Part shown: in pieces, positions 50,955 through 64,000 of the stretch
How the letters are laid out: every line of letters begins with the position of its first letter
Numbering within the stretch: the first letter of the stretch is position 1
Notes under the pieces: model-generated
What the model was told of the DNA's origin: nothing
The model's input: the letters and a program-made list of their open reading frames with translations, nothing else
Database searches by the model: none
Translations under genes and position numbers: made by a program
DNA from: Diadema setosum
Lineage: Eukaryota
NCBI RefSeq assembly: GCF_964275005.1
Contig: NC_092698.1
Span: 37,552,597 to 37,616,596, forward strand
DNA: 64,000 nucleotides
Direction: 5' to 3'

Positions 50955-53900
50955 GAGAAGTGTCGTGGTTCCATGAAACTCGTTGGACAGTCTTGAATAG
51001 ATCCAGGACTACGTTTTATCCCGACAGTTTGTAAATAGAAGCTTGAGATTGGTGTTGGGGAAAAATGAAAGAGAAAAGATCGTTGTGTTTGGATGTAACA
51101 AGGGATGAAAGGAAGAAAGCCAGGATCTACGATATTTTCTGCGTCGAAGTCGCTAAAGCGACATCTCATGTTATGATTTTGAGATGGAAATTTTTCTTAC
51201 TTGCACGCTGTCTGAAATTACGACTCTGGTCGATAAAGTTATTATCCCTACATGAAAACGAAATTACATCGAATACGTTTCAATTGATGCGAGGACGCAA
51301 TAAAGTGAAAACTGAAATACTTAAATCTTTTGGAAGATGGGTCATAACTCTTACTCTCGTACAAACTTTTAACCTGGAAGGCAAGTAGCATGTTATGGTT
51401 GAGAAATTTCCAAACATGAAAAATATAGCTCTATCAGAGCTGACAATTTGGGGATTTATGTGTAATATTCCAACAGAATTACTGAAGACTACATCTTTAC
51501 CAAAAATCAATTTCACAGGTATCAACGCAGATTTTTCAAAGCACCTTGGTAGCGATTTGTCACGTTATTACCTATAAGTTTTTAATCTTTAACAAAGCAA
51601 TATTTCTATTACTCTACAAACAAAACGACTACAGCAACTGTGGGGAACATTTAAAGGAACTGTGTAATACATATGTATGTTGACTTGTATTGATTCATGA
51701 TACCCTCAACATCACTTATGTAGCCAAATGAATTATGAATACATATCATAATAATCATAAATAAATCATATATTTCATAATACTTTTAAGCTATTTTTTT
51801 GTTTCTCGCTCAGATTACTTGGATACGCCCACAAAAAAAAAAAAGAGTTCCGAACCAAGATTCTGCCAGCGACATCATCGTTATATCAATCACTATGATA
51901 ATGGTCATTGCTAAAGTACTAACATCTGATTAACGAACGACATCGCAGAGAAATATACACGTTATGCTATCTAGGTCTAGGGGAGTTCCATTCCAATGTA
52001 CTCTTGCTTATCTTATTCAGTACTTAAGCAATGAACGACAAATGTTGTCACTGACAAAATCTTGGTTTGGAAGATTTGTGTGTTTGTACGTATGTGTGTG
52101 TGTGTGGGGGGGGGTATCAAAGTAATCTAAAAAAAAACCAGTAAAAATATTCAATGTGGCACATAATTATCTAGATATTCTTTTGACAACTTAAGTGGTG
52201 ATCAGGGTATTATGAATCAATACAAGTCAACATGCATATGCATTGCATAGGTCCTTTGATATTATGAAACTTTCTTCTCACGTAAATGTTTACCTATCCC
52301 ATCTGGGTTCGTAACAGACAGCTGCGAAATCATTCGTTGATGTTACCAGCGAGCAAAGCTAATAATGTGAAATGGTCGGGGCCCTAACAAACGACTCACT
52401 AGATTGAAAAGCAAATAAGTTTGAATTAGTATTTTGATTTACTGGGTAGATAGCCTGACAAATATCGAATGTTATAGTCTAGTCCGAGTCTAGCTCGCTC
52501 GTACACAAAGGCAGTATAAAAATCGATGTTCCAAACCTCATTGTGTATTCAAATTCCGTCACTATTATTTAATGCAAACGCTCTTCTCTCGACATCTCAA
52601 CATACGCAGACATACACATTGTTCCCAAATATATAGCTAGTCCCAAATTGTTGTCCTAATGTAGGGTCTACCAATGATTTCGAGTAAGCGTTGAACACAG
52701 GACAATGCCGACGATGAGGGCCCACTTGTCAATAAGGATCCCAGGGAGAAATCCTGAGGCATGGAATTATGGACATTTTTGTGGGTCCCTGTCAACTCTA
52801 ATCTTACTTCAAAAAAAAAATGACTGCAAGGCATTCTGTCATTATATATTAATCCCAGATGAAAAAAAAAATGCTGTTTCTTTTCATTCTTATTTGACTT
52901 TGCGTTCCAAATGTGAGTCAAGGTCCCCCCCCCACACACAAAATGTATTCATAAATGATAGTCCTTAATGAGCCATCTCACTTGATCATCATTATGTAGT
53001 ATCAGAGGAAAGGATGACCCCGATTCAGCCATTAATGACATAAAATATTCCCTCAGCGAACAACAACAAAAACAACAACAACAAACATGTGCCAAGACTG
53101 ATCAAAATCTGTAACAAGTATCACAAGGGAACATTTCTGGTTGGTGAGGCGGGGGGGGGGGGGGGAAGTATTGGGAAACCTTAGCATGTAACAACAAAAG
53201 TTAACTCGGTCATGAATATCTTATAAATCACAAAATTATTTAGGGAAGGATATAATAATTAACTTTGATTCACTCTACATAACTAAGAACATTAATTCGA
53301 CATGACACCAAGAAGTCGGTCCGTGGCGTGGATATGGTGAGTCCTTGGAAGCTTTCAGAATAGCCTCACTTGTAACTACCACACAACAAGAACACTGCTT
53401 ACGTACAGTGGGGAAGAGGTGGACTGCAAGAAGGGAGGGGGTTAAAGAGCATTGCATAGTGTACAGAGAGGCGACACTACTATCCGAACAATGCGAGTAA
53501 GCAGCCCTAATTCTTTCTGTTGAATCTCAAAAAAGATATGAACAGCCTGCGTCGCAATGTGGATAAGCATTGGTAGAACACCTTGGCGGTGTTTCACGAA
53601 GTCGAACTTGATTTAAGATTGATTATTATGCCACTGGTTTCCCTGTTCAACTTCATTAATCTAATCACTACCCACTTCAAATTATCATGAATGTTTACAG
53701 AATAATTCCATTGTTATCTATTTTGTCTTGTATTATCAATGGTTACATGAAAAAAGTCTCCAAAATCTTCATTTTCATTGGAAAGTTGAACAATATTGAA
53801 GACACACACAGCATACCATAACTTATGTCAATCGTGAATTTTAAGTTCGACTTAAATTCTTTGTGCAACACCCGATGATTATGTCCTGTAATGTGATAGG

Positions 53901-54439
53901 ACAAAATTGTGATTTCTCTCCGATTAACTGAATTACAGGACAATCGGAATATTTTCTAACTTTTTAAACGAACAAAAGACGATCGAAAATAGATACAGTT
54001 TCGCTTCTTCAAACAGTTAAAATAGATGCAATTTGTAATGTACAACTAAGGTGATACATCCAATAAATTCACAAGGTTGATATTGTGAATTATAGCAAAT
54101 CAGGGCTGCTACTCTGTAACGAGACAAATCAAATCAAATAAGACGAGATACTTTTGCGCCATACTATTTTGACCGACTAAACTACAAAATAATGAACTGT
54201 CAACCACAAAAATGTCTAATCAAACACGCAACAAATTACAAAATTAGGTAAGCTGTTGTTGATGTCCATGTACTTGCCTTTTTCAAAGTATGATAAGCTC
54301 ATAAACACGTTTCCTGCTGTATATGATAATCTATGGAACACGTGTTCAATGGGAATTGGTGTTTGGTGTATAGGGGGACGACAGCGGTGTGTAGAGTGGT
54401 TTACAGAGTGGTGAAAAAATACGGGAGTCAAGAGCAGAT

Positions 54440-54800
54440 TGGAGTCAGGTTGGGACCGGAATCGGAATTGGAATCGGAATTGGAAACGGAACCATAATGA
54501 ATTCGAAATTGAAAGCAGAGTCGGAAAGGAGTCGAATTGGACACGGAGTTGGAATGAAATCCAATTTTTCACCCGAGAAGGGTAGGAATTGGAATTGCAT
54601 ACGGAGTTTGAATGGAATCAGAATGGGAGACGATGTTGGAATGGAATTGGAATTGGAAAAGAGGTTGGAATGGAAATCGGTATCGGAAATGGAGTCGGTA
54701 TATGGAATCAGAATTGAAATAATTCTCGCATTTGGATTCGGTTTCGTGGAAAAGTTGGTCGGGATTGGATATGGTTTGGGGTGGGGCAGCGTGCAGTTTG
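54440..54800. repeat. Degenerate GGAAT-type satellite-like array of (GGAATYGGAATNGGAAT) variants, about 360 bp.
   Basis: ggaatcggaattggaatcggaattggaaacggaacc and related units are visible throughout. ORFs on both strands in this region are repeat artefacts. Confidence 0.7.
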
Positions 54801-55743
54801 GAGAAAAGCAAACAAAGATACATTGTTAAAATATCTGGCGCTGGCAACGATTTAAGCAATGATCAACAAAATTGCCTATTATGGCTCTATGAATTAACAA
54901 CATCACTATCAAAAAAAAAAAAGATGACAAGGCAAATCAGACGAATCAAGCAAAATCATAGTTTGATGTTTGAATTAACAAGCCATATACATTATATTTG
55001 TCTTTCTCCTATTGACCTGTGGTAATAATGCGATAGAGCTCGCTGTGGAATCAGTTCTTACACTACAGAGGCTACCCTCAAAAGACTTTTAAGAATAGCC
55101 AAACTGATTATAGTTATTGTTATAGTATTATTAAATTTATCATTATTCTATCATCGCTATTATCAATAACTTAGCATCATAATTATAATTGTTATAATTT
55201 GACATTTGAAGTAAATGAAGGTTTGGTTACACGTGTAACATTTCGTCATAAATCATCTGCACACTGATTCTATCCATATTCACATACCGTTTCACTATCA
55301 AAAAGCAGTCACGTCATCAACATTTAACTAACATCTAACATGTACGCTCAACCACCAATTGAGCCTATAGAACGAATTGTTGGAGGGATGGGGGAAAGGG
55401 GGTGCTTTACAATCAAACCAACGGCGGTCACAGTCAAATTTCGACACAAGGACATGTGAGCAAACAAAAACAACAAAATGTAATGCGGAATCATATAGGA
55501 AGGTAATACAATGTATGAGATTCATTCTTCTACTGTCGGCAATGAATAAGATGACAGCAGAGCCCTATCGTACCTAATAAAGATGATTCAAATGAATGAT
55601 TTTTATGTATAGATGTACATACAGTTGTAGTATTAACTGAGAGATCCTACTGAGAATTGTGGTTGACTATGCTGGTTAATTTTGTTGGTAAAGAATTTGT
55701 GATGATCTGAAGACGGTTCTCAAGACCATGTCTTACTTGCATC

Positions 55744-55993
55744 TGATTGCAGAAAATTTCAAGAGTAATTCGAAGCCACGGTGAACCCTTTAGTATTGAT
55801 TTGCGCGTTCTTTGAAACGCATTTGTTGATTGACTATTTGGCACCATTCATTTCGTTTTCAAATGTTATACTTTCGCAATATGTCAAATATTACTTTTGT
55901 AATTTGATTACAGAAAATTTCAAGAGTAATTCCAAGCCACGGTCAACCCTTGTAGTTTTCGATTTGTACACTCTTTGAAACGTATTTGTTGAT
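55744..55993 (+). repeat. Two direct repeats of about 86 bp with about 90 % identity. Their starts are about 162 bp apart, which suggests a local tandem duplication.
   Basis: gattgcagaaaatttcaagagtaattcgaagccacggtgaaccc at 55744 matches gattacagaaaatttcaagagtaattccaagccacggtcaaccc at 55906. Confidence 0.6.
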
Positions 55994-58066
55994 GTACTTC
56001 GTGGTTGCTCCAAACCGGATTCTATACCTTTAAGTGTTAATGACTGCACACGTAATAATAGGTCTCATCGATATGGGAGTATCAACATCTGTTCCGGTTG
56101 ATAAGGTTGTTTTTACTCGTATACACAAACCTTTGATACGATCACATGAGCCTCCATTATGACCTGGTAACAAAAGTTTACTTACGCCAAGAATCTACCT
56201 TTGAATACTGTGCACCTGCAGGCAAAGTTCGCGAAGGCATACTACCAGGACCTATACGTCTTTCCCTATACAAAGTCACTGTCATACGATCACGATGAAC
56301 CTACTATAGGGGCAATTAATTATTGTTACAGAACCTGCAACCTTCATTCTCTTCCGTCATTCATGATGACTGAGTGCATTGATTGAGCTATGCTCTGGTT
56401 CACTTGGAAACCCCTCATCATTATGACACACAATAGAAAGGCTAATAAAGAATGTCCCTTTGGTCTCTTTATAATTGGCTCCCCGTTACACTATTGTATG
56501 CTAGTATTATTATTTTTTTTTTCATGCTACTAAAATCACAAATTTCACATTTTATAACTGAAAAAGGAATATACCTGCATATAGCAATCATCAGATTGTC
56601 TGTGTACCATTATGTAACATAAAACTTTATTACATTTGGATTCATATGAGCTGACCAGAATGTATACCACTGTCAGCACCCAGGCATCTGTACTATGTGT
56701 TATAACTGTTATATAAAAATGTATTATAACAACAGGATGATAATGCGATTGGGCTGGCCCCTTATGACATGGTTCGCTAGTGTACATGATCAACAACCTT
56801 TCAGTCCTCCGTTATAGAGCGTGTCATTTATTGCTCTTTCATTGTCTGCTGATTTTCTTCTTTTTTTTACGATGTTGGGTTGCTTCGTTTTATTCGAATG
56901 AGCTCTACGGTTAAAATGCTCCTGAATTGAACGAAATTTTCATCATAATGACATAAACGCATTCAGGCATGAGACCTGACTTTAGAATTGCGTTCAAAAC
57001 TGAAGCCATTACTTGATCCATGTTTTCTATATATGATGAAAATAAAAATATACTTGTGAGTGCATTGAGGTCTCATTTTATTCATGCCATTTCGCTCCAT
57101 GTTTATCTAACCACAGTTGTATAACAATTCACCACTGGGAAACATAACATGTGTAACATGATGGTACCGAAATTCAGTTGATAAAAGACTGGTGTTGATA
57201 AAAAGAATTAAAGAGAATGCCGTCTGAAAAGGGAGTAATTTGTTATGTTTTTCTTCTACAACATTTGTAATAGCTATTCCAAAGAGTAAACGTATTCTGA
57301 TAAGAGGTCTTTACAACCTGCGATATCTTGATAAGGAAGTTCGTGTAATTGTCATGTTCGAACAACAACCGATGTTGAAGTCCATCAACAACCAGGCGTT
57401 CAATTTTGTAAGTGGGGTCCTACAAGTATTAATGGTAGTTTCCCAAAGCGCTCAATTACACGTAAAGAGTTACATTGTGCTGGTACCCCTTACATACCCC
57501 ATGACCAGTGTAGCTATGTACAGCACCGTCGCCACCGGTTCTTTTCTCAACTCTCGTGTCTGTGGGCTCCCATTCTGTTCCTGTTCCTATTCAGAACTTG
57601 TCACATAATTCCGCATTTGATTTCTGTTCCTTCATATCAAACCAAAAAGAAAAAAAAAAAGCCTTAAGCTGCGTATACATTCCAGATTGAATGCCTCGAA
57701 ACGTATTTCAAAAGGAAAGCTGGCTAAAAGTTCGTGACTGTCCCCTGTGAATAAGGAATAGACTGAATACATTAGTCAACTTGTTTATACAATACAATAC
57801 AATCAGATCATTTATATAGCGCCCTTACACAGTCAATGACTGGTTTCACAGCACTTTACAACAACATTCAGCTACAGATTGGGGAGCACACTCTTGTTAT
57901 CGTACGATAAAAATGGTTTCTTTTTCTTTCTTTTTCCTCAGTGAAATTACATAGTATACCATACATGACAGTCATAAATTTCATCCTATATAGTATTCCA
58001 TATCCGAAGGAATAATTATGAGTTATATTTGGCCTTTCAAATTAAAAAAGTATGCATTCGAGATCA

Positions 58067-58228
58067 GGGCCCCATTTCATAAAAGATGTTATGATAGCAA
58101 CTATTGCTGGAATAGCAACTTCCCATTATAGCAACAGCCAGTCAGGAGGCTGGATTTTTGTCGTTACAATGACAATTGCCATTCCAGCAAGTGGTGCTAT
58201 CATATCAACGTTTTATGAAACGGGGCCC
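58067..58228. mobile_element. Foldback or MITE-like element of about 160 bp. The inverted arms are about 65 bp long, imperfect and about 85 % identical.
   Basis: The left arm starts at about 58067 and the right arm ends at about 58228. They are reverse complements with a few substitutions. The apparent ORF 58052..58246 reflects this palindrome. Confidence 0.4.
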
Positions 58229-60954
58229 AGGACCATTATTGTTTAAGAGAGCTCCGATATTGAATGAAAAACAAAACAAAAAAATCCGTTTTTTGCAAGA
58301 AATGAAGAGACACATGACGCAGCGATGAGAATCCAGCTAACTACAGAAAAGGCCATTAAATCAAGAATAAAAAAAAAGTCATCCCATTTTGGCAAGTTTG
58401 TAGGTCATTCTCATTAATATCGAGAGCGAATAGTGGGAAATCTACTGCACGACGTCGTCAGGTCGTAATCGAAGAGGCAAGAGATCACATGGATGACTCT
58501 GAGCCTATAGCCGTGACCACTGTGAATTTGTGGAAAAGTATTTGAAAAGGGTTACATCTGAGGTCAGTCCTTTCTATTGATGCGACATGAAATGTTTGTA
58601 GTAAAGCTTTAATGACAAAAAAAAATGAAAGAAACAGAAGTTGAACGTTCTTTGACATAATTGAAATCTTATAAAACTGAAAAGATATTCATGAAACTTT
58701 GATAAGATTATACAGTGAGAGTTGTGCGCTTAACAATACTCGTCACGGCTATCTGAGATCTTCGTATATATGCATGTATTTGCTAATGATTTCCAGATGT
58801 TTATGAGGAAGAGTGGCGTGGGTGTTAAGTGATAGCTTTAAAATGTAGCTGATGAGATCATTATCTGTGATGTCCATTATCTCAGCCAAAGCGTGTTCGA
58901 TAATGATGCACGTGGAAGGGTAGACAATGATGTTTTCATCTAGGAGATTATCAATTTAGCTTGCCGGCGTCCCGCGGATAGAATCCCCGTCAGCGAATTT
59001 CTTCGCGGTTGCCATGGCTACAAATACAATCACACATTCTATTGGCGAAGGACTTCTGGCTAACAACATGTTGTGATGGGGAGGAACTTTTACGTAGAAC
59101 TTTGTTTGAAATGGGTCTTCCTCACTCCTTCACAACGATTTATCATCTATTTGCCTTTGCATCTGCAACTTTTTGCTTGTTCATTTTTTTTTTCCATTTA
59201 CATAACTGTGTCATTTTCATAATATCTCTATCACCCCCGCCTCCAACGTTTGCCTGTAAGATGTTATGTAAGTTATTGCAGATGGATTTTGCAAGATGGT
59301 TATAAATCTGATAAAACGGCTAGGCAGTTTTACGATGAGATGTGCATTGCAATGAGATTCACAGTTGTCATGTTAATGTGGCAAAAAATTAATGTAGTGA
59401 ATGAAGGGTATTGAATCACTGCATGTGATTATGCTGTAAACCAAGTTTCATGTTTGTTTCGGGTATACGCCATCATGAATCAAAGTGAAATATCCAAATA
59501 TTGACTATCGAACAATAATGTTCACCAACTCACAACACGTCCAGTCAAATTCTCCTAAAGTAGCTACAAAAAGAACAAATCCACGGAATAAAAGCAAATT
59601 GATTGCGACATTCTTTTCTTTGTCCTGTATCCACGTTAGTTACTAAAACTATCACTCTTTATAGCAATGTTATACAAGATGTGTTTTAGAAAACTTTTGT
59701 TACTCTTCATGGTAATCCCATCATGATGACTTGAGAGTACAAAAATAGAGATATGAAGTGAATAGAAGTGTTACATGCCCGGTTTGGTCAGGTCAGCCTT
59801 GGATATACTAGATATGACAGAAATCTATTTCAGCTCTCATTGGTGGCGACACAGATAATTATCTGAGAGCCAGTGGGCAATTAAGTTTTGACAGAAGAAT
59901 TTAATCTTTGTCATTTACAGTTTCTCTTGGGATAAAGTCAAATTATTTCCCCATTTTTTACATGAACGTGTGATTCTATGAATGAAATAACAGAGCTGGT
60001 ATGGAGAGATGAAATTCTTTATCACTTATGTTTGCTAGTAATAGATATCAATGAAACAGTCATTATTCTCGGATATGATATAGGTAACAAAAAGATGAAA
60101 TTACAAATGTAGTAAAACTTTTTTGAATTATGCCCAATTCATTGTCTACAGGAATTATGTCAGAGAACGTAATGAAAGCAACAAATGTTTGAAAGCGGAA
60201 TTAAGATTTTATATCAGTTTGAAGTACAACCAAACGAGATTCGATGATATCGGATTAAGAAGAATACGCAATTGTTTTGGTTGGTATCAGTGATGTACCC
60301 TTTTAATTATTTTTTCCCCTGTCATGATTATGTTGAACGCCTTTTGGATACTTGCAGATAAAGTGATTGTAAATATGCGAAGTTATGTGGAAAAAAGTAC
60401 CTCGGATGAGGAAAATAGAAAAAAAAAAATGTTTGCTAGTGGATTGCATGTATATATATACGTACATATATATATGAATGGTTTTGTGACAATTGGGTTG
60501 AAGCAAATAATGTATGGCAGAAACCAAAATTCCGGATCCATACCAGTTACTTGTCATACTCTGTGCTCTCGGCTTAAACCTCCTAATGGAGATACAAATA
60601 AACAAGACAAAAAAAAAAAAATCAAGGTCAGAATCAAGCTTGTGGGTGATCTTGTTTAGATAATCATTTCACAAAGGTAATATCGTAAAAGAGCAATTAC
60701 TGCAGTCTAGACAAAGAAATCAAAACATGAATCCTAAGCACTTCATGTTATTGAAGAGAAATGAGGAAATGAAATTGTGTATACATAATCACATAATTTA
60801 TTGTGAGTTGTGCTATATCAGTTAACCTAGATTCAATGGTGTTTACAAGTCCTGGAGAATGATGAGATTGGTATTACCAAAAAGTGGAGCATGTAGTATC
60901 ATTAAAAAAAAAAAAACAGAAGAAAACAGGCAAACAAACAATACAAACGAAAAC

Positions 60955-61272
60955 GATTGATGTTCGTTATTCCGAAGGTTGGTTATTCCAAGATTCGTTA
61001 ATCGAAAAATGAAATAAGGTTCGTTATTCCAAAGGCTCGTTATTCCAAAACATGCACAGATACCTACATGTTCGTTAATTCGAAAATCAAACAGGGTTCG
61101 TTAAACCGAAGGCTTTATTTCGAAGGTTCGTTAATCCGAAAATGAAGCAAGGATTGTTATTCCAAAGGTTCCTTAATCTGAAAATGAAAGCAAGGAGCGT
61201 CCTAACAAACTTTCACAAGTACAAATCTATTTCGTTTTCGGATTAACGAACCTCCGAAATAACGAATTGCGA
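60955..61272 (+). repeat. Tandem array of about four units of roughly 57 bp with a GTTCGTTATTCCGAAGG core. It ends in an inverted copy of the core and a C13 run.
   Basis: Successive units begin near 60961, 61018, 61095 and 61150. The reverse-complement core sits at 61240-61265. Confidence 0.6.
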
Positions 61273-64000
61273 CCCCCCCCCCCCCAAAAAAAAAGACAAA
61301 AAAAAAAAACACACACACACACACAAACACACAAACAAACACAAAAACAAAAACAAAAAATAAAGATAAGAATAAGAAGCAAAACAAACACACACACATT
61401 GGTTTCATACTTATAAGTACAATTCTACATATTAGTTTCTCGACATTATATTGAAGACTAGGAGTACGAATCCATGTCATTGATCTGTGCTTTGGTAAAT
61501 GAAGTTATGCAATGTGTCACAGTGTCACACACGACTTCAGAAGTGTGACTGAGCGAATTAGGCTTTTAAAGTTCCATACTTTGGCATGTCATAGGTTTCA
61601 TGGTTCTGAAGTGATTGCCACTTTTAAAGTAAGGATTACACTGTACAGATAAAGGCTACAACTGTACAGCAAATCAACTGTTCAAATTATCCTTCCATAC
61701 GTTATGCCAAGATGTCATGCCAAAATGTCATATGATTCTGCGTTGGAATACACATATCAATGATTCAGTGTGTGTTTATAAATTAAAAATAATACGCCAT
61801 TGAAAGGACAGGAAAATGAAAAATTGAAATGTGGCACGCTTGAATGTATAAGGAAAAAATTGAAAACAGAACCGCGTATATGAACACTGCAAGCCAGTGA
61901 AATAATTATGATAATTATGTTTGCATTGCATTTCACCATCGATCTATATCATGTCAAAAATATATGTATATCTCAATCATAAAAAGAGTAAAACAATGGC
62001 GAGCATAATGTACACTACCATGAAAACAGCTGCAATTTGTGCCAATAAAATTTGTAAGTCCTGTAGGCCTTACAATCTGAAGCAAATATTGGATGATGAT
62101 GAAATGTGCGCTTAAATCAATTGTAACCTAAAGACCTTTTTGATATGTGATTTAAATTTGCTGTGTGTACTTGTTATGAAGCACAATGTATTCAACACAA
62201 AATAAGAATTCTTCTACCGCATAAATGGGATGATGAAGTCATGCAAACTGCGATCATATTTTTTACTCTCCCACACAAAAGCCTATGAATATGCAGTCTT
62301 GATAAAATTCATTGGTTGTGATCTTTGACCTTATGGGTTGGCCTTTATTCCCTTTGCATGAAGGATGTGTTTCCCACTGTATTTCTGTCTTCTTTATAAT
62401 GTAAACTGCAATTAGACTTTCCACTTTGAAGTTGTGGCTGAAAATCGTTTCAGCCAAAGTTCAATGACCCTTGCCCTTGACTTCTCTGTCACTTCACTTA
62501 TTTAAGGGAGGTAGAAGCTTATACAAATATATCATTATGAGTAATTATCTCTTTTGGCGGCTATCATACCCTTAACCCTTATAAATTTTGATGTACTCAT
62601 TTTCCACTCCCCTGCCAAATTACATTATCACTTGGACATCCCTCAGAAGTTGAAAGTTGAAATTTTCTTTGAAAGTTCAGTGTCATACCACCATTAAGGA
62701 TTTTGCCAAAAATCTAACCAGCAAATCTACACCTTTCATATAACATACACGATCCTGTGCTCAGTATCGACAAAACTCAGTGTAAGTTTTCATAAAATTG
62801 TGATAATGCAGCATGTTGATAGACAGATCAATAGCAAACAAACTAAATACACCAGAAAATTGTACTGCCTCTGGCAATCTGCAGATTAAAGCATTTCATA
62901 TTGTAATTAGTATTTTGATGTTTGATATAACTAGATTTTTGCCAAAGAAACTACTATATTTGTGTCAGATCAATAGATACAGTGTAGTACGATAAATGCT
63001 GAACTTGAAAAAACAAACAAACAAATCAATAGCAAGCAGGCAATTAGTCTAGATATGCATAGATCACTGTGACCAAATAATTTACGTGAATTATTTGGTA
63101 AAGGAGGAACATAGAGTGATGCATGATGTCGGTTCAAAAGAATTGCTTTTCACTCACACAAGGTCTTCTACAATGTACAGTAAAGTCCCAGCTCTCAGAC
63201 TGATTGACTGCACTAATATCCCACCAATAGTCTGGTATTATTGGAATTATTGGATGAAGCAAATGGGTTATCAAAGTTGTGGAATGCTATTATGTGCATC
63301 TTATGGAATATCTGTACACTTCAGGCTCAGAGCTAATTTCAGTTCAATTCAAAGGAAGGATTCAAACGATAAGGATATATTTTGATACACTGAGGGTATG
63401 AAACATACCCCTGAAGGGAAACAATGACAACAGAATGTAAGGAATAGTGCAGGAGACAGTGATATCATATTATTCACATCAAACGATTTGCTTGCAGAAG
63501 AAATGACAGCAACACACATGCTCATAACAAACTACATTGTACTGTATGTTGCTACATTGATACATCAAATCACAGAAATGTTCACTCAACACGGACGCAC
63601 ACATGCACTGACAAAAGCACGAGAACCACAAAAGAAACACTGCTAACAGGCACTTTTCCATTTGTATACAAATACATGAACAATGTAATTCTTTTGATTT
63701 TATGGCAAGCTTCAAATATTTCACCAACACCCTAAGTACTGTACAAACACAGCGCAAAGCACAAACATTTAATGTCCCACGAGTATTCCCATCGACACAA
63801 TACAACGCCAAATATTGTAGATTTCCTACATTAAGTACAGGTTTTCAAAATACACCATTCCTATCAATCCCTTTGAGGAAGTCCTGTTTAATAGTCTTGA
63901 TTTTATCATGTACATATTATACCTGTAAATGTATAAATTACAGCAATTTTTTGGCCTTCTACTGGTACACCAACTAAACACATGAAACCCGCAATCTCTT

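Noticed and set aside
54216-54859. ORFs on both strands of 96-118 aa
   Set aside because: They lie entirely within the GGAAT-like satellite array. The periodic low-complexity translation is visible (FRFQFRFQ, GIGIGI).

Overview
This window reads as eukaryotic (metazoan) nuclear DNA, not a prokaryotic locus. It is AT-rich and mostly CpG-poor, with a few CpG-dense islands. The six-frame track contains no long ORFs. Microsatellites are pervasive: (CA/GT)n, (TAG)n, (ATAGAT)n, (TGT)n, (GTTTT)n, poly-T and poly-G/C runs. There are several MITE-like or foldback inverted-repeat elements and satellite-like arrays. I see no CRISPR array, operon, rRNA gene or convincing tRNA gene.

The one gene I can support is a multi-exon plus-strand gene running from at least 16981 to 39645. 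It has 10 exons with canonical AG/GT boundaries and a fully consistent reading-frame phase chain. It encodes a very acidic granin-type protein. From memory of the vertebrate protein, it matches secretogranin III (SCG3) in motifs such as ISESQAYELKDAVAAQL, GEISPEEGAKIM and DAAGFLRALRLLLHDGY. The first exon, which should carry the start codon and signal peptide, was not located. One internal exon may be missing when compared with vertebrate SgIII.

The repeat, MITE, satellite, CpG-island and homopolymer observations are listed as features and findings below. I found no evidence of a novel defence or other 'system'; the most defensible novelty is the invertebrate-type SCG3-like gene and the repeat families. 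The compositional features fit an invertebrate deuterostome such as an echinoderm, but that assignment is a guess.
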